A stretch of DNA of 64,000 nt, taken from a bacterium (GTDB lineage: Bacteria; Hinthialibacterota; Hinthialibacteria; Hinthialibacterales; Hinthialibacteraceae). The notes under the pieces were generated by a model that saw nothing but the letters and a program-made list of their open reading frames with translations, did not search any database and was not told where the DNA came from. The stretch covers positions 32,001 through 96,000 of the forward strand of contig CAXXMV010000004.1 of NCBI GenBank assembly GCA_963662285.2, read 5' to 3'. The position numbers and the translations under genes are program-made. Positions 31,076 to 42,063 of this stretch are shown here, piece after piece. How positions within the stretch are numbered: the stretch's first letter is position 1; each line of letters starts with the position of its first letter.

Positions 31076-32869
31076 CTAGATATTGAGGATAGCCATGAAT
31101 GCTTCCTGGGGGATTTCGACGTTGCCTACGTTTTTCATGCGGCGTTTGCCTTCGCGTTGTTTTTCGAGCAATTTGCGTTTACGGGTGATGTCGCCGCCGT
31201 AGCATTTGGCGGTAACGTTTTTACGCAGCGCTTTAACGGTTTCCCTGGATATGATCTTGGCGCCGATGGAAGCCTGGATGGCGACATCGAATTGTTGCCG
31301 GGGAACCACTTTGCGTAGTTTTTCAGCCAACAATTTGCCTTTTTGGTAGGCTTTTTCTTTATGTACAATGATGGATAGGGCGTCGACTGGTTCGCCATTA
31401 AGCATCATATCGAGTTTTACCAGTGGTCCGGCTTTGTAGCAGGATAATTCATAATCGAATGAGGCGTAGCCGCGCGAGATGGATTTAAGTTTGTCGTAGA
31501 AATCCAGAATAACTTCGGAAAGAGGGTATTCATAACGCAAGATTACCCGGTCGATGCCGAGGTATTCCATGCCTTTATCGACTCCCCGGCGGTCAAGGGA
31601 TAGTTTCATGATTCCGCCGATGTAATCCGGATGGGTAATGATAGTAGCGTTGATGAATGGTTCGCGGATTTCGGCGATCAGATTAGTGGGAGGCAGTTCG
31701 GACGGGTTATCGACCCGAATTGTTTCGCCGGCGGTATTAACCACTTCATAAGAAACGTTGGGAGCGGTGGTGATAAGGGTAAGCCCGAATTCGCGTTCCA
31801 GGCGTTCCTGGGCGATTTCCATGTGTAGCATTCCCAAGAAGCCGCAGCGGAATCCGAAGCCTAAAGCAACGGAGGATTCCGGTTCGAAGTGGAAGGCGGA
31901 ATCGTTGAGGCGCAGTTTGTCGAGACTCTTGCGCAACTCTTCGTATTCGTTAGTGCTGATGGGATATAAGCCGCAGAAGACCATGCTTTGCGGTTCTTTG
32001 TAACCGGGCAAGGGTTTTTCAGCGGGTTTTTTGTCGTAGGTGATGGTATCGCCGATGTGTATTTCAGCAATATCCTTCATATTGGCGATGATATAGCCTA
32101 CCTCTCCAGCATAGAGGTGGTCGATTTTAACCGGTTTGGGAGTGAAGATGCCTAGTTCTTCGATCTCGTAATCCTGTTTGGTGCTCATCATGCGTATTTT
32201 ATCGCCGACTGAGAATGATCCATCGACGACGCGAACATAGGCGATGGCGCCGCGGTAGATATCGAACAGGCTGTCGAAAATCATGGCCCGTGGGGTGATA
32301 TCCTCTTGACCTTTGGGAGGAGGTACGCGGTTGACAATGGCTTCGAGGATTTCTTTAACGCCTTTGCCGTCTTTGGCGCTGGCGAGGATTATTTCATCTT
32401 TGGTGCTGCCGATGAGATCATGAATCTGTTGGGCAACATTTTCCGGATCGGCGCTGGGAAGGTCGATTTTGTTGATAACCGGGATAATCTCGACATTTTC
32501 ATCCAGGGCTTTGTAGAGGTTGGCCACGGTCTGGGCTTCGATGCCCTGGGCGGCGTCCACGATGAGGATGGCGCCTTCACATGCGGCCAGGGCGCGTGAG
32601 ACTTCATAGGTGAAGTCGACATGGCCGGGAGTATCGATCAGGTTTAGTTGATAGGTTACCCCGTCGTCAGCGGTGTAATGGATGCGAACCGCCTGCGCTT
32701 TGATAGTGATGCCGCGTTCGCGTTCGAGGTCCATGCTGTCCAGATACTGGTCGCACATATCACGTTTGGAGACGCTGCCGGTAAACTCAAGAATCCGGTC
32801 AGCAAGCGTGCTTTTGCCGTGATCAATGTGGGCGATAATAGAAAAGTTTCGAATGAATTTTTGTTTCAT
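31076..32869 (-). CDS. lepA: Elongation factor 4
   Basis: [45 protein letters not shown]; start placed at MKQKF. Confidence 0.98.
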   Translation of the reverse strand: MKQKFIRNFSIIAHIDHGKSTLADRILEFTGSVSKRDMCDQYLDSMDLERERGITIKAQAVRIHYTADDGVTYQLNLIDTPGHVDFTYEVSRALAACEGAILIVDAAQGIEAQTVANLYKALDENVEIIPVINKIDLPSADPENVAQQIHDLIGSTKDEIILASAKDGKGVKEILEAIVNRVPPPKGQEDITPRAMIFDSLFDIYRGAIAYVRVVDGSFSVGDKIRMMSTKQDYEIEELGIFTPKPVKIDHLYAGEVGYIIANMKDIAEIHIGDTITYDKKPAEKPLPGYKEPQSMVFCGLYPISTNEYEELRKSLDKLRLNDSAFHFEPESSVALGFGFRCGFLGMLHMEIAQERLEREFGLTLITTAPNVSYEVVNTAGETIRVDNPSELPPTNLIAEIREPFINATIITHPDYIGGIMKLSLDRRGVDKGMEYLGIDRVILRYEYPLSEVILDFYDKLKSISRGYASFDYELSCYKAGPLVKLDMMLNGEPVDALSIIVHKEKAYQKGKLLAEKLRKVVPRQQFDVAIQASIGAKIISRETVKALRKNVTAKCYGGDITRKRKLLEKQREGKRRMKNVGNVEIPQEAFMAILNI

Positions 32870-33319
32870 AATTGTTTTTATATGTACGAGCTGAATGAGA
32901 AGTATATTGCCGCACTCAAGCGCGCACAATCCCAAGGGAAGAGCAATTTTCTCTCTCAATGTGTTTTAAGTACAATTTTAATTGGTTTTTGCGGCCTGGA
33001 TTAATCGGATTTGGATGTCAGAATATTGTAACTCACTTGTTGTACTATATTTATGAATGATGTTGTGGTTGGTGTTTGAGTGTTGTAAGTTAAGTAAGGG
33101 AAAAATCGTTTAAGTTTCTTTATTTATTAAACTTTGAACAATGACTTCAATTAATGCAAGCGACCATCGTATTATGCTGAAGAGCCAGTAACAAATGACA
33201 ATTTTCGTACGTTAGATATAATCTATGCAGTAGGATGGGCGAGTTTTTTGTTTTATTGGTATTTGCTTAATCCGGCTGAATTGTTGCGATAGAATTATCA
33301 GTAACCAAAGGATGTCGAA

Positions 33320-35878
33320 ATGATGACGAAACGATTTATCAGTGGTTTGAAATTTATATTACCGTTGCTGCCTGTATTGATTTTTATGGAGAGTAGTTGT
33401 CCTCTAAATGCGTGGCCGGGTGAGGGGCCGTCTTTGGTTTTCTCTGCTGCGCAGATTGAGAGCGCCCGCGATCAGGCCAAGCGGGTCAGTTGGACTGATG
33501 CCGTCGTTGAAGGGCAGATGGGCGATATAAATGATCCCATAGGTAAAATATGGACGTCATGCTTGAAAGCAGCTATGTTCGGGACTGAGGAACGGCTGCA
33601 AGCGGCGGTCGATCAGATAAGTGATGCGGCATCCAATTGGTCTTTGAGTCCAACCCTGAATGAGACTGATTTTGTTAAGATATCCCGGCTGCTGCAAGCC
33701 TATGATTGTTTACATGCGCTTCCTGAATGGAAGAACTTTGATGATAAATCACGCGAGGAGTTGGCTGCGCGGATCAAAACGGTAGTTCAGGATTTGCTGG
33801 ATGAAGATGTTTCGGGCATTAATCCAATAGTTGAGCGGTCTATCCGTCTTTATGCAGGATTGTTGACCGGGGCGACTCAATATACCCAAGCCGGCCTTTA
33901 TGGAAATACAAGCGGTGTTGGTTTGTGCGATGCGGCGGCTGAAGAGATATCTACTGAAGGATTGATGCGCGGCTGTACGATTGCGCGTCATGTACAGAAT
34001 GGCCGGGCCATGATGCTGGCCGGAGCGGCCTTGAAATCATCTACGGCTGATGGATTCGCCAAGATCGAACCGTTTATTATGAAATCGGTGGAAATAGTCG
34101 GTGAACTTTGCTCGCCCAACGGCGTATTACCTACTGTTTTGCAGAAAGAACAACCGGAAGCGCAGGAACTGCTTGGCTTCCTGGAGCAGGGGCGGGCGTT
34201 GATTGGCGAGGCGCGATGCAATGGGGTAATCAATGGCGTGATCAATCACATGTATAAAGATCATCCCCGCACGGCGGCGTCTTTGCTTTATGGTTCTTTT
34301 TCAGTAAGTGATAAAGTTATGACCCATGTCATGCCGTTGACAGGCGCGGCGATATTGCGCGGCGCCAAGTCGGCTGATGGGCAATCGCTTTATCTGGATA
34401 CCGGTTTATCGGGCAAACATGCGGCATCGGCTCTGCTATCTATCGAGTGGATGGACGGAGCGAAGGGGACGGCTGAGACGCAGGAGAAATTCACGACGGA
34501 TTGGTTTAACACGGTGGTGGTTGACCGGGTGTTGCAGCCCGCCGCTCCAGTGAGTATAGATGAACCGCGCAATGGATTTATATCTTCGTGTAAGGTCTTT
34601 GAAGACGGCGCGACGTATCTTCAAGCCTCGGCTGCGGGGCAGTATACCGAACGCCCGGCTTATCCGGCGGATTCGGCGTCGAGTCCGGTTTTGACTTATC
34701 AGAGAAATCTGTATGTCGGATCGAAACTGGCGGTAGATATATTCCGGGTGCGCGGCGGAAAGCAGCATGACTGGATTTATCATGCGCCGACGGATGTTGA
34801 ATCGGTCATTGGCGCCGAGATGGCGTCTTTTAAGGCGGAGCGCAATGATTATGAATGGTTGAAGAATCCGGTTGAACCGGCTGTGGCGGCGATGACTAAA
34901 GGGGTGTATGGAGTTCAGTTCAAGGCGGCCAAGGGCACGGATCAGCGCCGCCGGTTGTGGCTGGTTGATCCGGTTGGCTCTCAGTTGATCAAGTCGGTGC
35001 AACAGTCCGGTTCTTCTATAGTGTTGCGGCGTCAGATGAATGGTGATGAAGGCGATGTCTTTGTCGCAGTTCATGAATTGATAGAGGACGGCAAGAAGGC
35101 GGATGTTGAGATAAAACCATTAAAACTTGATCCGGCGCCAAACCTGCGTGGTTTTCAGGCAGTCGCATTCGCCGTGACTCAAGGAGATGAAGTCAATATA
35201 TTTTTATCCAGTATGAATCCTGATGCGGAGTATTCCACCGAGTACAACGGCGCCCGGATCGTCTTTCAGGGCGCTTTTGGACATGTGGAACTATCCAAGG
35301 GGAAATTGTCGCGGCTGCGAATGGTTGGCGGCGTATCATTGCGTTATGATGCGCATGGTTTGAGTATGAAATCTCCCATAAGTTTGGGCGTTGTGCGTAA
35401 TGTGTTGGTTGATGGAAACGCAATCGAGGTTGATTTCGATTACCGCATCCCGACAGGAGCGATGCTGGCGGGAAATTCTATCAATGTTTTGGCCAAACAA
35501 ATAGCGCCGGTTATGTATCAAGCGGTGATAGTGGATGAAGTTGAGTCGAAGGATATTCCGCAAAAAATCAGGTTGCGGCATGGCGTCGCGCGGGATAAGG
35601 CGCATCCCGGTTTATGCGCGGCCTTAGAGACCGGGTCGAGGGTGATTTTGGAAAATGCCGCTGAACTTATTCGATTTGACGAGGATAAATATTCGCTTGC
35701 ATATACCGCGCCGGTTGATGTTATGATTGAAAGCGCTGAGAAACGGCGGCGCGTGTTTATGATGACATCAAACATGATCCGTAGAATGCGGGGTGAACTC
35801 TCGGTTGGAACTATTCAGTTTCGTATGGCGCCTGATGAGAGCGTTGACGGGATGGTGGAATTTCGCCGCATTCCATAG
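33320..35878 (+). CDS. Secreted heparinase II/III-like protein with degenerate catalytic motifs
   Basis: Signal peptide; FNTVVVD, YQRNL...VDIFRVRGGKQHDW and FVAVHE resemble the heparinase II/III beta-domain. Confidence 0.6.
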   Translation: MMTKRFISGLKFILPLLPVLIFMESSCPLNAWPGEGPSLVFSAAQIESARDQAKRVSWTDAVVEGQMGDINDPIGKIWTSCLKAAMFGTEERLQAAVDQISDAASNWSLSPTLNETDFVKISRLLQAYDCLHALPEWKNFDDKSREELAARIKTVVQDLLDEDVSGINPIVERSIRLYAGLLTGATQYTQAGLYGNTSGVGLCDAAAEEISTEGLMRGCTIARHVQNGRAMMLAGAALKSSTADGFAKIEPFIMKSVEIVGELCSPNGVLPTVLQKEQPEAQELLGFLEQGRALIGEARCNGVINGVINHMYKDHPRTAASLLYGSFSVSDKVMTHVMPLTGAAILRGAKSADGQSLYLDTGLSGKHAASALLSIEWMDGAKGTAETQEKFTTDWFNTVVVDRVLQPAAPVSIDEPRNGFISSCKVFEDGATYLQASAAGQYTERPAYPADSASSPVLTYQRNLYVGSKLAVDIFRVRGGKQHDWIYHAPTDVESVIGAEMASFKAERNDYEWLKNPVEPAVAAMTKGVYGVQFKAAKGTDQRRRLWLVDPVGSQLIKSVQQSGSSIVLRRQMNGDEGDVFVAVHELIEDGKKADVEIKPLKLDPAPNLRGFQAVAFAVTQGDEVNIFLSSMNPDAEYSTEYNGARIVFQGAFGHVELSKGKLSRLRMVGGVSLRYDAHGLSMKSPISLGVVRNVLVDGNAIEVDFDYRIPTGAMLAGNSINVLAKQIAPVMYQAVIVDEVESKDIPQKIRLRHGVARDKAHPGLCAALETGSRVILENAAELIRFDEDKYSLAYTAPVDVMIESAEKRRRVFMMTSNMIRRMRGELSVGTIQFRMAPDESVDGMVEFRRIP

Positions 35879-35955
35879 ATTCAGATGTTATTTATTGATT
35901 ATTGCTCTTGATGAATTATGTTTAGTTGGTTCATACTCTAAAATAAAGCGATGGG

Positions 35956-35989
35956 AGAATCGGGCAACCACAAGGGATTGCCCCTACGG
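35956..35989 (-). repeat. REP-like family B (reverse complement of CGTAGGGGCAATCC...GGTTGCCCG)
   Basis: 34 bp identical to 36461-36494; related copies at 25561, 28679 and 28747. Confidence 0.85.
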
Positions 35990-36046
35990 CGTTGGATTTG
36001 CGGTGTTTGTTTTTTTATAGGAAATGCTGGAGAGGGATGATTTGAT

Positions 36047-36361
36047 ATGAATATTTTGCTGCTTGGATTGTATTTATTGAGTTGGGTTGCTGTCCCTGTG
36101 CATTGTTTTGATTTTGCATCAAAGCAGGATACGGCATTAACCAGGCTTGGTTCTTCTTTTGATGGCAATCTATTCGCTCAGGCTAGTGATGCAAAAACCG
36201 GCGCAAAAGAGGATCAACTGCTACCGGATGATAGCCAGAACTGGGGAGCGATGATCGTTTTCGTGATTGGCATCGGGATTTTTCTGGCGGGTTATATGTA
36301 TATCCGGGAGATGCCCGCCTCCGGGAAGAAGAATAAGAAGAAAAATAAGAAGCGTTTTTGA
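36047..36361 (+). CDS. Small hypothetical membrane protein with Lys-rich tail
   Basis: RBS ggagagg; hydrophobic N-terminus, one TM helix, KKNKKKNKKRF end. Confidence 0.6.
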   Translation: MNILLLGLYLLSWVAVPVHCFDFASKQDTALTRLGSSFDGNLFAQASDAKTGAKEDQLLPDDSQNWGAMIVFVIGIGIFLAGYMYIREMPASGKKNKKKNKKRF

Positions 36362-36376
36362 GGAATGGGTGGCTTT

Positions 36377-36494
36377 GGTGGGCTACGCTTCGCTTTTAGC
36401 CCACCCTACGAGAAGAAACTTTGGGACGCGCTATCGCTTTGTCCAATCCTACACGCTGTTAGAATCGGGCAACCACAAGGGATTGCCCCTACGG
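36377..36494 (-). repeat. REP cluster (families A, E, B)
   Basis: Three consecutive hairpins, each ending in CTAC (GTAG on the minus strand). Confidence 0.8.
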
Positions 36495-36557
36495 TGTTTG
36501 GTCTTATATATTTGTCGGTTTGTTGTTGGAATTATGAGAGCAGGGTTTTGTTAAATT

Positions 36558-37736
36558 ATGATTTTGAGACGATTCAAACTGGTTATCCCCATCGGATTGG
36601 CGTTGGCGTCGTCGTTGGTTTTGTTGTGCGTTTGGTCGTTGGATAATTCAGAGAAGAGTTATGAATCCATAATTGAGCGCATCGCGTCTGCGCCAGTAGC
36701 GGAAGTTGCATCGCATATCGAATCAGCCCAAGCATATATAACATTTCAAAGCAAAGGCGTTTCTGCAAAACCGGGTGCAGAAAGCGCCCGCCCTATTGCT
36801 GATCTTTATTTTCAGTTAGGTAATGCCTTGCTGTCGCGTTCTGAAGATGAATTGCTGGATATGGCGCATGAATACTATACTAAATCAATCGAGCTTTATC
36901 CCAGTTTGCACATGGGCTGGCCTTATTATCAAATGGGCAGGATATATGAGCGAAGAGGCGAGGATTTTTTTGGCAAAGCCGTAATTCATTACGCCATTGT
37001 GGCGCTGTATAATTCGGGCGACCTGTGGTTGAAATCGGAATACCGCATGGCATTGTTGAACCAGCGCATGAACAAGCCGCCCATTCAGTCAGAGCATCTT
37101 TATAATTACCTGCGCTATTCATCGCTGGATGTTAATGGGGACGCGGCGCAATTTTCTGAGAATAGCCTGGATGATAAAGATGAGTCTTTGTATGTCTGCG
37201 CCTGTATTGCGCTGGCTACGGGCGACCTGGGGCGGTCGGGGGATTTGTTCGCCCGGTTTTTGAAGAAGAATCCAGCTGATTACAGTGCGCAGTATTATCT
37301 GGATAAGTGGGTAAAACATAGTTTGAAACCGCTGTATCCTGTGAGCGGCGATCTGCTGTCATCCTGCTTCGCTCCCAAGGCGTTTCGTAATGGAGAGTTG
37401 CTGCTGGTGCATAATAACCTGATACGGGCGGACCTGTTTGTTCCTCAGTTGGATGGCGAAGGGCTTAATTTATCGGTTGAGATGGATAATCCATTTCAAA
37501 AACGGGTGCAGGTTTTTGCATCGCTCAATCGTCAAACGCAGAACTTTATTTTTGAAAAGGATTCCATCATTAAATTCGATGCCTGGTTTTCCGCCCCGCA
37601 ACCACGCAATCTGGTTGAACTGCATATTATATTCGAGGACGGCGAGTCGGTTTCCGCTGGTCCATTATGGGTGAGAGTTCGTAAACTGCACGCCGAATTG
37701 TCATCGCCGGAGCGTCAGGCGGAGCGCAAACTGTGA
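36558..37736 (+). CDS. Membrane-anchored TPR-containing protein
   Basis: N-terminal TM; YFQLGNAL...YYTKSIELYP, PYYQMGRIY; overlaps the next gene by 4 bp. Confidence 0.7.
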   Translation: MILRRFKLVIPIGLALASSLVLLCVWSLDNSEKSYESIIERIASAPVAEVASHIESAQAYITFQSKGVSAKPGAESARPIADLYFQLGNALLSRSEDELLDMAHEYYTKSIELYPSLHMGWPYYQMGRIYERRGEDFFGKAVIHYAIVALYNSGDLWLKSEYRMALLNQRMNKPPIQSEHLYNYLRYSSLDVNGDAAQFSENSLDDKDESLYVCACIALATGDLGRSGDLFARFLKKNPADYSAQYYLDKWVKHSLKPLYPVSGDLLSSCFAPKAFRNGELLLVHNNLIRADLFVPQLDGEGLNLSVEMDNPFQKRVQVFASLNRQTQNFIFEKDSIIKFDAWFSAPQPRNLVELHIIFEDGESVSAGPLWVRVRKLHAELSSPERQAERKL

Positions 37737-39145
37737 GTTTAATTTTACGCAACTCGATTTTCATGGGTCTGTTCAATATCTTCGGGCGGGCTTCCGGTCT
37801 GATTCGCTATCTCTTGTTGGTCTCTCTGCTATCCGCGGATTATTACTCCATTATATCATACGCCTTCAGTTTCGGGCGGTTGGGGCGCCATTTTTCTGAT
37901 GGCGGCCTGGATAACCTTATCTCGCGCGATGGGGCCCGTGACGTTAAAAAAGTGCCGGATTATATATTTCATGGTCTGGTGATGAAAGCGTTGTTGGGCG
38001 TCTGTTTTTTGTTCGGCGCCTATTTCTATCTTACAGTGGTGAGAGAGAAGGGCGCCTTTGAACTGGTGGTGATATACACCGCGTTGTGCGGTTCGCTAAT
38101 GCTGTCGTTAACCGGAGTTCTACGCAGCGGATTCACCGCTATCGAACGAATGGAATATCCGTTTTATACCAACCTGCCTTCGCGTTTTATCTCTATTGTG
38201 GTATTGGTTGGCGTATTGTATTGGGGCGCTCCATTGTTTTGCGCGGCGGCGGCGGTTTCGGTTGAGAATTTGATCTGGTTTGTTTTATTGGGTTCCGTGG
38301 CGGTGCGGTTTTTCTCTTTGCGTTCATCGCTCTCGTTGTCTACTATTGGTTATATGGTTTCCGAGTCGTGGTCTTTGGCTTTATATGGATTTTTCAATGT
38401 GTTTTATCTGAGTTTGGATGTAGTGATGATCGATGCATTGATGGGCATCGAACATGTGGGGCCTTATACCTACGCCAGCCAGTTGATTGAAGGAATTACT
38501 ATGGTGGTGTCGGGATATCTGATCGCCATTTATCCTGTGTTATCGCGCACCTATAAGACGGATGAGACGGCGTATCATAAACTGTTCCGTCAGGCGGTGG
38601 TGGTTTTGGGATGCATAACCCTGCCCGCCGCGACGCTGTTGGGCGTCTGGTCGTATTCGTGGATGGGATTGATTCCCCATAATCAGGCGGTGTCCGGTCT
38701 GGTGCTGAGAGTGTTGGCTATCACCATGAACTTATCCATGCTCAATACATTGATTATCATTGTATTTACCTCACGCAACCGGCAGCGCTGGCTGGTGTTG
38801 TTTACCGGGGGCGCGGCGGCGATATCGTTTTTCACTAACTGGCTGCTTATTCCAATTTACGGTCAGGCCGGGGCGGCCTATGCGTCTTTGATATCGCAAT
38901 GCATTCTGTTTGTGATTATGGGGAGCATCGGGCTTAAACTGTTTAAGCTGCGTATTCCAGTGGGCAGACCGATGGCTATTTTGGCGATCTCGCTGGGAGC
39001 TGGGGTGGTGGTGTGGTTGATTCCGGGATTGCCATTGTATTTAGTTCCTGTTTTGTACGGGGTATTTCTTTTGGGCTTGGTCTGGTTAACCGGGGTGATG
39101 ACGGTGGATGATTTTAATCGTCTGCGGAGGGCGACTAAATCTTAG
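37733..39145 (+). CDS. Wzx-like polysaccharide flippase (MOP superfamily)
   Basis: LILRNS start, about 14 TM helices, DGGLDNLISRD, LDVVMI, LIPIYGQAGAA. Confidence 0.85.
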   Translation: MSLILRNSIFMGLFNIFGRASGLIRYLLLVSLLSADYYSIISYAFSFGRLGRHFSDGGLDNLISRDGARDVKKVPDYIFHGLVMKALLGVCFLFGAYFYLTVVREKGAFELVVIYTALCGSLMLSLTGVLRSGFTAIERMEYPFYTNLPSRFISIVVLVGVLYWGAPLFCAAAAVSVENLIWFVLLGSVAVRFFSLRSSLSLSTIGYMVSESWSLALYGFFNVFYLSLDVVMIDALMGIEHVGPYTYASQLIEGITMVVSGYLIAIYPVLSRTYKTDETAYHKLFRQAVVVLGCITLPAATLLGVWSYSWMGLIPHNQAVSGLVLRVLAITMNLSMLNTLIIIVFTSRNRQRWLVLFTGGAAAISFFTNWLLIPIYGQAGAAYASLISQCILFVIMGSIGLKLFKLRIPVGRPMAILAISLGAGVVVWLIPGLPLYLVPVLYGVFLLGLVWLTGVMTVDDFNRLRRATKS

Positions 39146-39178
39146 ATAATAGAATTAGGTTAAATCGAAAGTTGTCGT

Positions 39179-39281
39179 ATCAAGGGCTGACCGCATTGCG
39201 GTCTTGCCCTTGGCGCCCGGCGCCCGCTGGAAATAATAGGTGATTTAATCAAGGGCAGAAAATACACTGCCCTTGGCACCC
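39179..39281 (+). repeat. Two family-D palindromes (ATCAAGGG...CCCTTGGCGCCC)
   Basis: 39179-39218 and 39248-39281 match 25409, 28568 and 28856. Confidence 0.8.
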
Positions 39282-39326
39282 GTTTTAATTCTCCCACAGG
39301 TTTGGAGGATTTTAGGATAAAAGATT

Positions 39327-40337
39327 ATGAAAATATTTATTACCGGCGCTACGGGGTATTTGGGCGGGAAGATATTGCGGGTTGCGCATGAGCAGGGACA
39401 TTCCATTTGTGCGTTGTGCCGTAAGGCGCCTGAGGCGGGGAGTTTGCCGGATGACGTTGAGCTTGCTTTAGGCGACTTGTCGCAAGCGGATGGATTGGTT
39501 GAGGCGTTGCAGGGGTGTGACGCTTTGATTCATACGGCTGGTCTGGTCTCTATTTGGCAGCGCGATCCCCGAGATTTTCACCGCGTCAATGTGGATGGAA
39601 CGGTTATTCTTCTTGAAGCGGCGCGGGCGGCGGGCGTGAAGCGCGTAGTATATACTTCGTCGTTCTTTGCGCTTGGCCCTACTGATGAAAAGCCGGCTGA
39701 TGAATCGTGGAATAATCCCGATGAATCCTGTATGACTGAGTACGCCCGCAGCAAGACCATCGCTTTGCAGCGAGTCCGTGAGCAGATCGCCAATGGTATG
39801 GATATTATTCCGGTTTATCCGGTTTTGATTTATGGTCCGGGCAAGGCTACTCAGGGCAATTATATAACCAAGATAGTGGATGATTTTCTGCACCGCCGGA
39901 TTCCCGGAGTGTTGGGCGGCGGCGAGGGGCGGTGGACTTATTCTTATGTTGATGATGTGGCCAAGGGGCATTTGCTGGCATTGGAAAAAGGCCGCCGGGG
40001 AGAGAGTTATATCCTGGGCGGCGAAGATGCATCGCTTAATGAGTTGCTCGATCTACTGCATGAATTGACGGGCGTTAAGCGGCCTACGATGAAGATTCCC
40101 AATTCGTTGGCTAAGGGTATGGCGTGGGTGGAAGAACTACGCGCCAGGATGTCGAGCAATTATCTGCCCAAATTAACCGTTGAGGTGGTTGACGTCTATA
40201 AGCATAACTGGCGCTATTCATCGCATAAAGCGATTACAGAGTTGGGCTATAGCCGGACTCCGCTCAAAGCCGGGTTGATTAATATTCTTGACTCGCTGGG
40301 CTTCACCCATCCCGATGAACGTAAGACTATGCTGTGA
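39327..40337 (+). CDS. NAD-dependent epimerase/dehydratase (extended SDR, HpnA/DFR-like)
   Basis: TGATGYLG, YTSS, YARSK, IYGPG. Confidence 0.9.
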   Translation: MKIFITGATGYLGGKILRVAHEQGHSICALCRKAPEAGSLPDDVELALGDLSQADGLVEALQGCDALIHTAGLVSIWQRDPRDFHRVNVDGTVILLEAARAAGVKRVVYTSSFFALGPTDEKPADESWNNPDESCMTEYARSKTIALQRVREQIANGMDIIPVYPVLIYGPGKATQGNYITKIVDDFLHRRIPGVLGGGEGRWTYSYVDDVAKGHLLALEKGRRGESYILGGEDASLNELLDLLHELTGVKRPTMKIPNSLAKGMAWVEELRARMSSNYLPKLTVEVVDVYKHNWRYSSHKAITELGYSRTPLKAGLINILDSLGFTHPDERKTML

Positions 40338-40591
40338 GTTTTTGGTTGAAATGCCGGGGATTAATTTCTATGACCGTATACTCTGCTTGGAGATTTATGG
40401 TATGATAGTTTGAGATTGAATATAACTATTTACAAGATAGGGTGGTTATTATCAACCCTCTCCTGACCTCTCCCAATCTTGGGAGAGGAATGCTTGAAAT
40501 CAGGTATATTTAATAAGATAGCCAATCATATTCATAACCTAATTGACGTTTTAGGATGAATCAAACTAGAGTTGAAACAGAAGGGGAGATC

Positions 40592-41986
40592 ATGGGAAAA
40601 AATAAATTTTCACGCCGTTTGTTCTTGGCCGGTTCCGGCGCATCGCTGGTGACCGCAGGTTGCGCAACCACCAAAATCCGCAGCACTACGTTAGCCAAAA
40701 GCAATTATAAATCACCTAATGAAAAACTGAATATCGCCAGTATCGGCGTCGGCGGTAAGGGACGCGGCGATGTACATACCTGCAACAGCGAAAATATTGT
40801 GGCGTTGTGCGACGTTGATATGCGGCAAGTGGCCGGAGCGTCGAAGAGTTATCCTAATGCGAAGCAGTATCAGGATTTCCGCGTCATGCTGGAAGATTGC
40901 AAAGAGATCGACGCGGTTACCATATCTACGCCGGATCATATGCATGCTTTCGCCGCCCTGCGTTGCATGGAGATGGGCAAGCATGTCTATGTGCAGAAGC
41001 CTTTGACCCATACGGTATATGAAGCGCGCATCCTGCGGCAGGCGGCGCATAAATATAATGTGGCCACCCAGATGGGCAACCAGGGCGCGGCGACCAATTT
41101 GCACCGTGAAGCGGCTGAGGTGATATGGTCGGGTATGATCGGGGAAGTGCGCGAGGTGCATTCGTGGACCGACCGCCCTACTGGATGGTGGCCGCAGGGG
41201 ATTCCTGACGCTTTGCCAGCGCAAGAGGTTCCCGATTTTCTGGATTGGGATATCTGGTTGGGACCGGCGCCGTACCGGGACTATAATGTTGGATACTGTC
41301 CATTTAAGTGGCGCGGCTGGTGGGATTTCGGCTGCGGGGCGTTGGGCGATATCGCCTGTCATAATCTCAGCCCGGTTGTTAAGGCGTTGCGGTTGGAGTA
41401 TCCCGTAAGCGTTGAATGCACCCATTTGAAAGATAACAACACCCAGACTTATCCTACTGAATCGATTATTCATTATGAGTTCCCGCAGCGCGAGAATTTC
41501 GCGGCGGTTGACCTGTATTGGTATGATGGAAAATTGAAACCTGAACTGCCCGGTAACCCCGCAGATGATAATAAAATATTAAGCGACGGAACGGGAACCA
41601 TGTTCGTCGGCGATGATGGCGTTATTGTGATGAATTCATCTTTAGGAAGAAATGTGCTGGTGGTGGATGGCAAAGAGGTAGAATACAAAATGCCCAGCCA
41701 GATTATCCCACGATTGCCGGATATCAAGACGGCGGATGGTAAACACTCTGATAGCGACCGTATGCACAAGATGGATTGGATAAGGTCATGCAAAACCGGT
41801 TCGGTTTCGGGAACCAACTTCGACCACGCCGGTCCGTTGACCGAGTGGGTGGTGATGGGCAATGTTTCGCTGCGTTTCCCGCATCAGAAACTGGCCTGGG
41901 ACGGCCCTAAGATGCGTTTCACCAATTTCAGTAAAGCCAATCAATTTGTTAGTAAGAAATACCGTAAGGGGTGGGAACTAATTTGA
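40592..41986 (+). CDS. Gfo/Idh/MocA oxidoreductase, Tat-exported, possible lipoprotein
   Basis: SRRLFL Tat motif followed by TAGC; GVGGKG, TPDHMH, VQKP, WRGWWDFGCGALGD. Confidence 0.92.
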   Translation: MGKNKFSRRLFLAGSGASLVTAGCATTKIRSTTLAKSNYKSPNEKLNIASIGVGGKGRGDVHTCNSENIVALCDVDMRQVAGASKSYPNAKQYQDFRVMLEDCKEIDAVTISTPDHMHAFAALRCMEMGKHVYVQKPLTHTVYEARILRQAAHKYNVATQMGNQGAATNLHREAAEVIWSGMIGEVREVHSWTDRPTGWWPQGIPDALPAQEVPDFLDWDIWLGPAPYRDYNVGYCPFKWRGWWDFGCGALGDIACHNLSPVVKALRLEYPVSVECTHLKDNNTQTYPTESIIHYEFPQRENFAAVDLYWYDGKLKPELPGNPADDNKILSDGTGTMFVGDDGVIVMNSSLGRNVLVVDGKEVEYKMPSQIIPRLPDIKTADGKHSDSDRMHKMDWIRSCKTGSVSGTNFDHAGPLTEWVVMGNVSLRFPHQKLAWDGPKMRFTNFSKANQFVSKKYRKGWELI

Positions 41987-42024
41987 TCCGCTTGGTTGGT
42001 GAAAGTTTTTTGAATTATATTAGA

Positions 42025-42063
42025 AGAGGGGAAGGATTTGGTAATCCTTCCCCCTTTGTTTTT
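42025..42063 (+). terminator. Rho-independent terminator
   Basis: aggggaaggatt...aatccttcccct followed by a T-run. Confidence 0.8.

Noticed and set aside
40712-41473. Long antisense or alternative-frame ORFs (e.g. 40712-41473, 15033-15713, 34436-35074, 11104-11724)
   Set aside because: Shadows of well-supported genes with no recognisable motifs
41960-41986. Gfo/Idh/MocA ending YRKGWELI (and GH92 ending PNKNWGKLQ) as further W-motif tails
   Set aside because: These are family-typical C-termini and lack the V at -3 and the Ser/Thr linker
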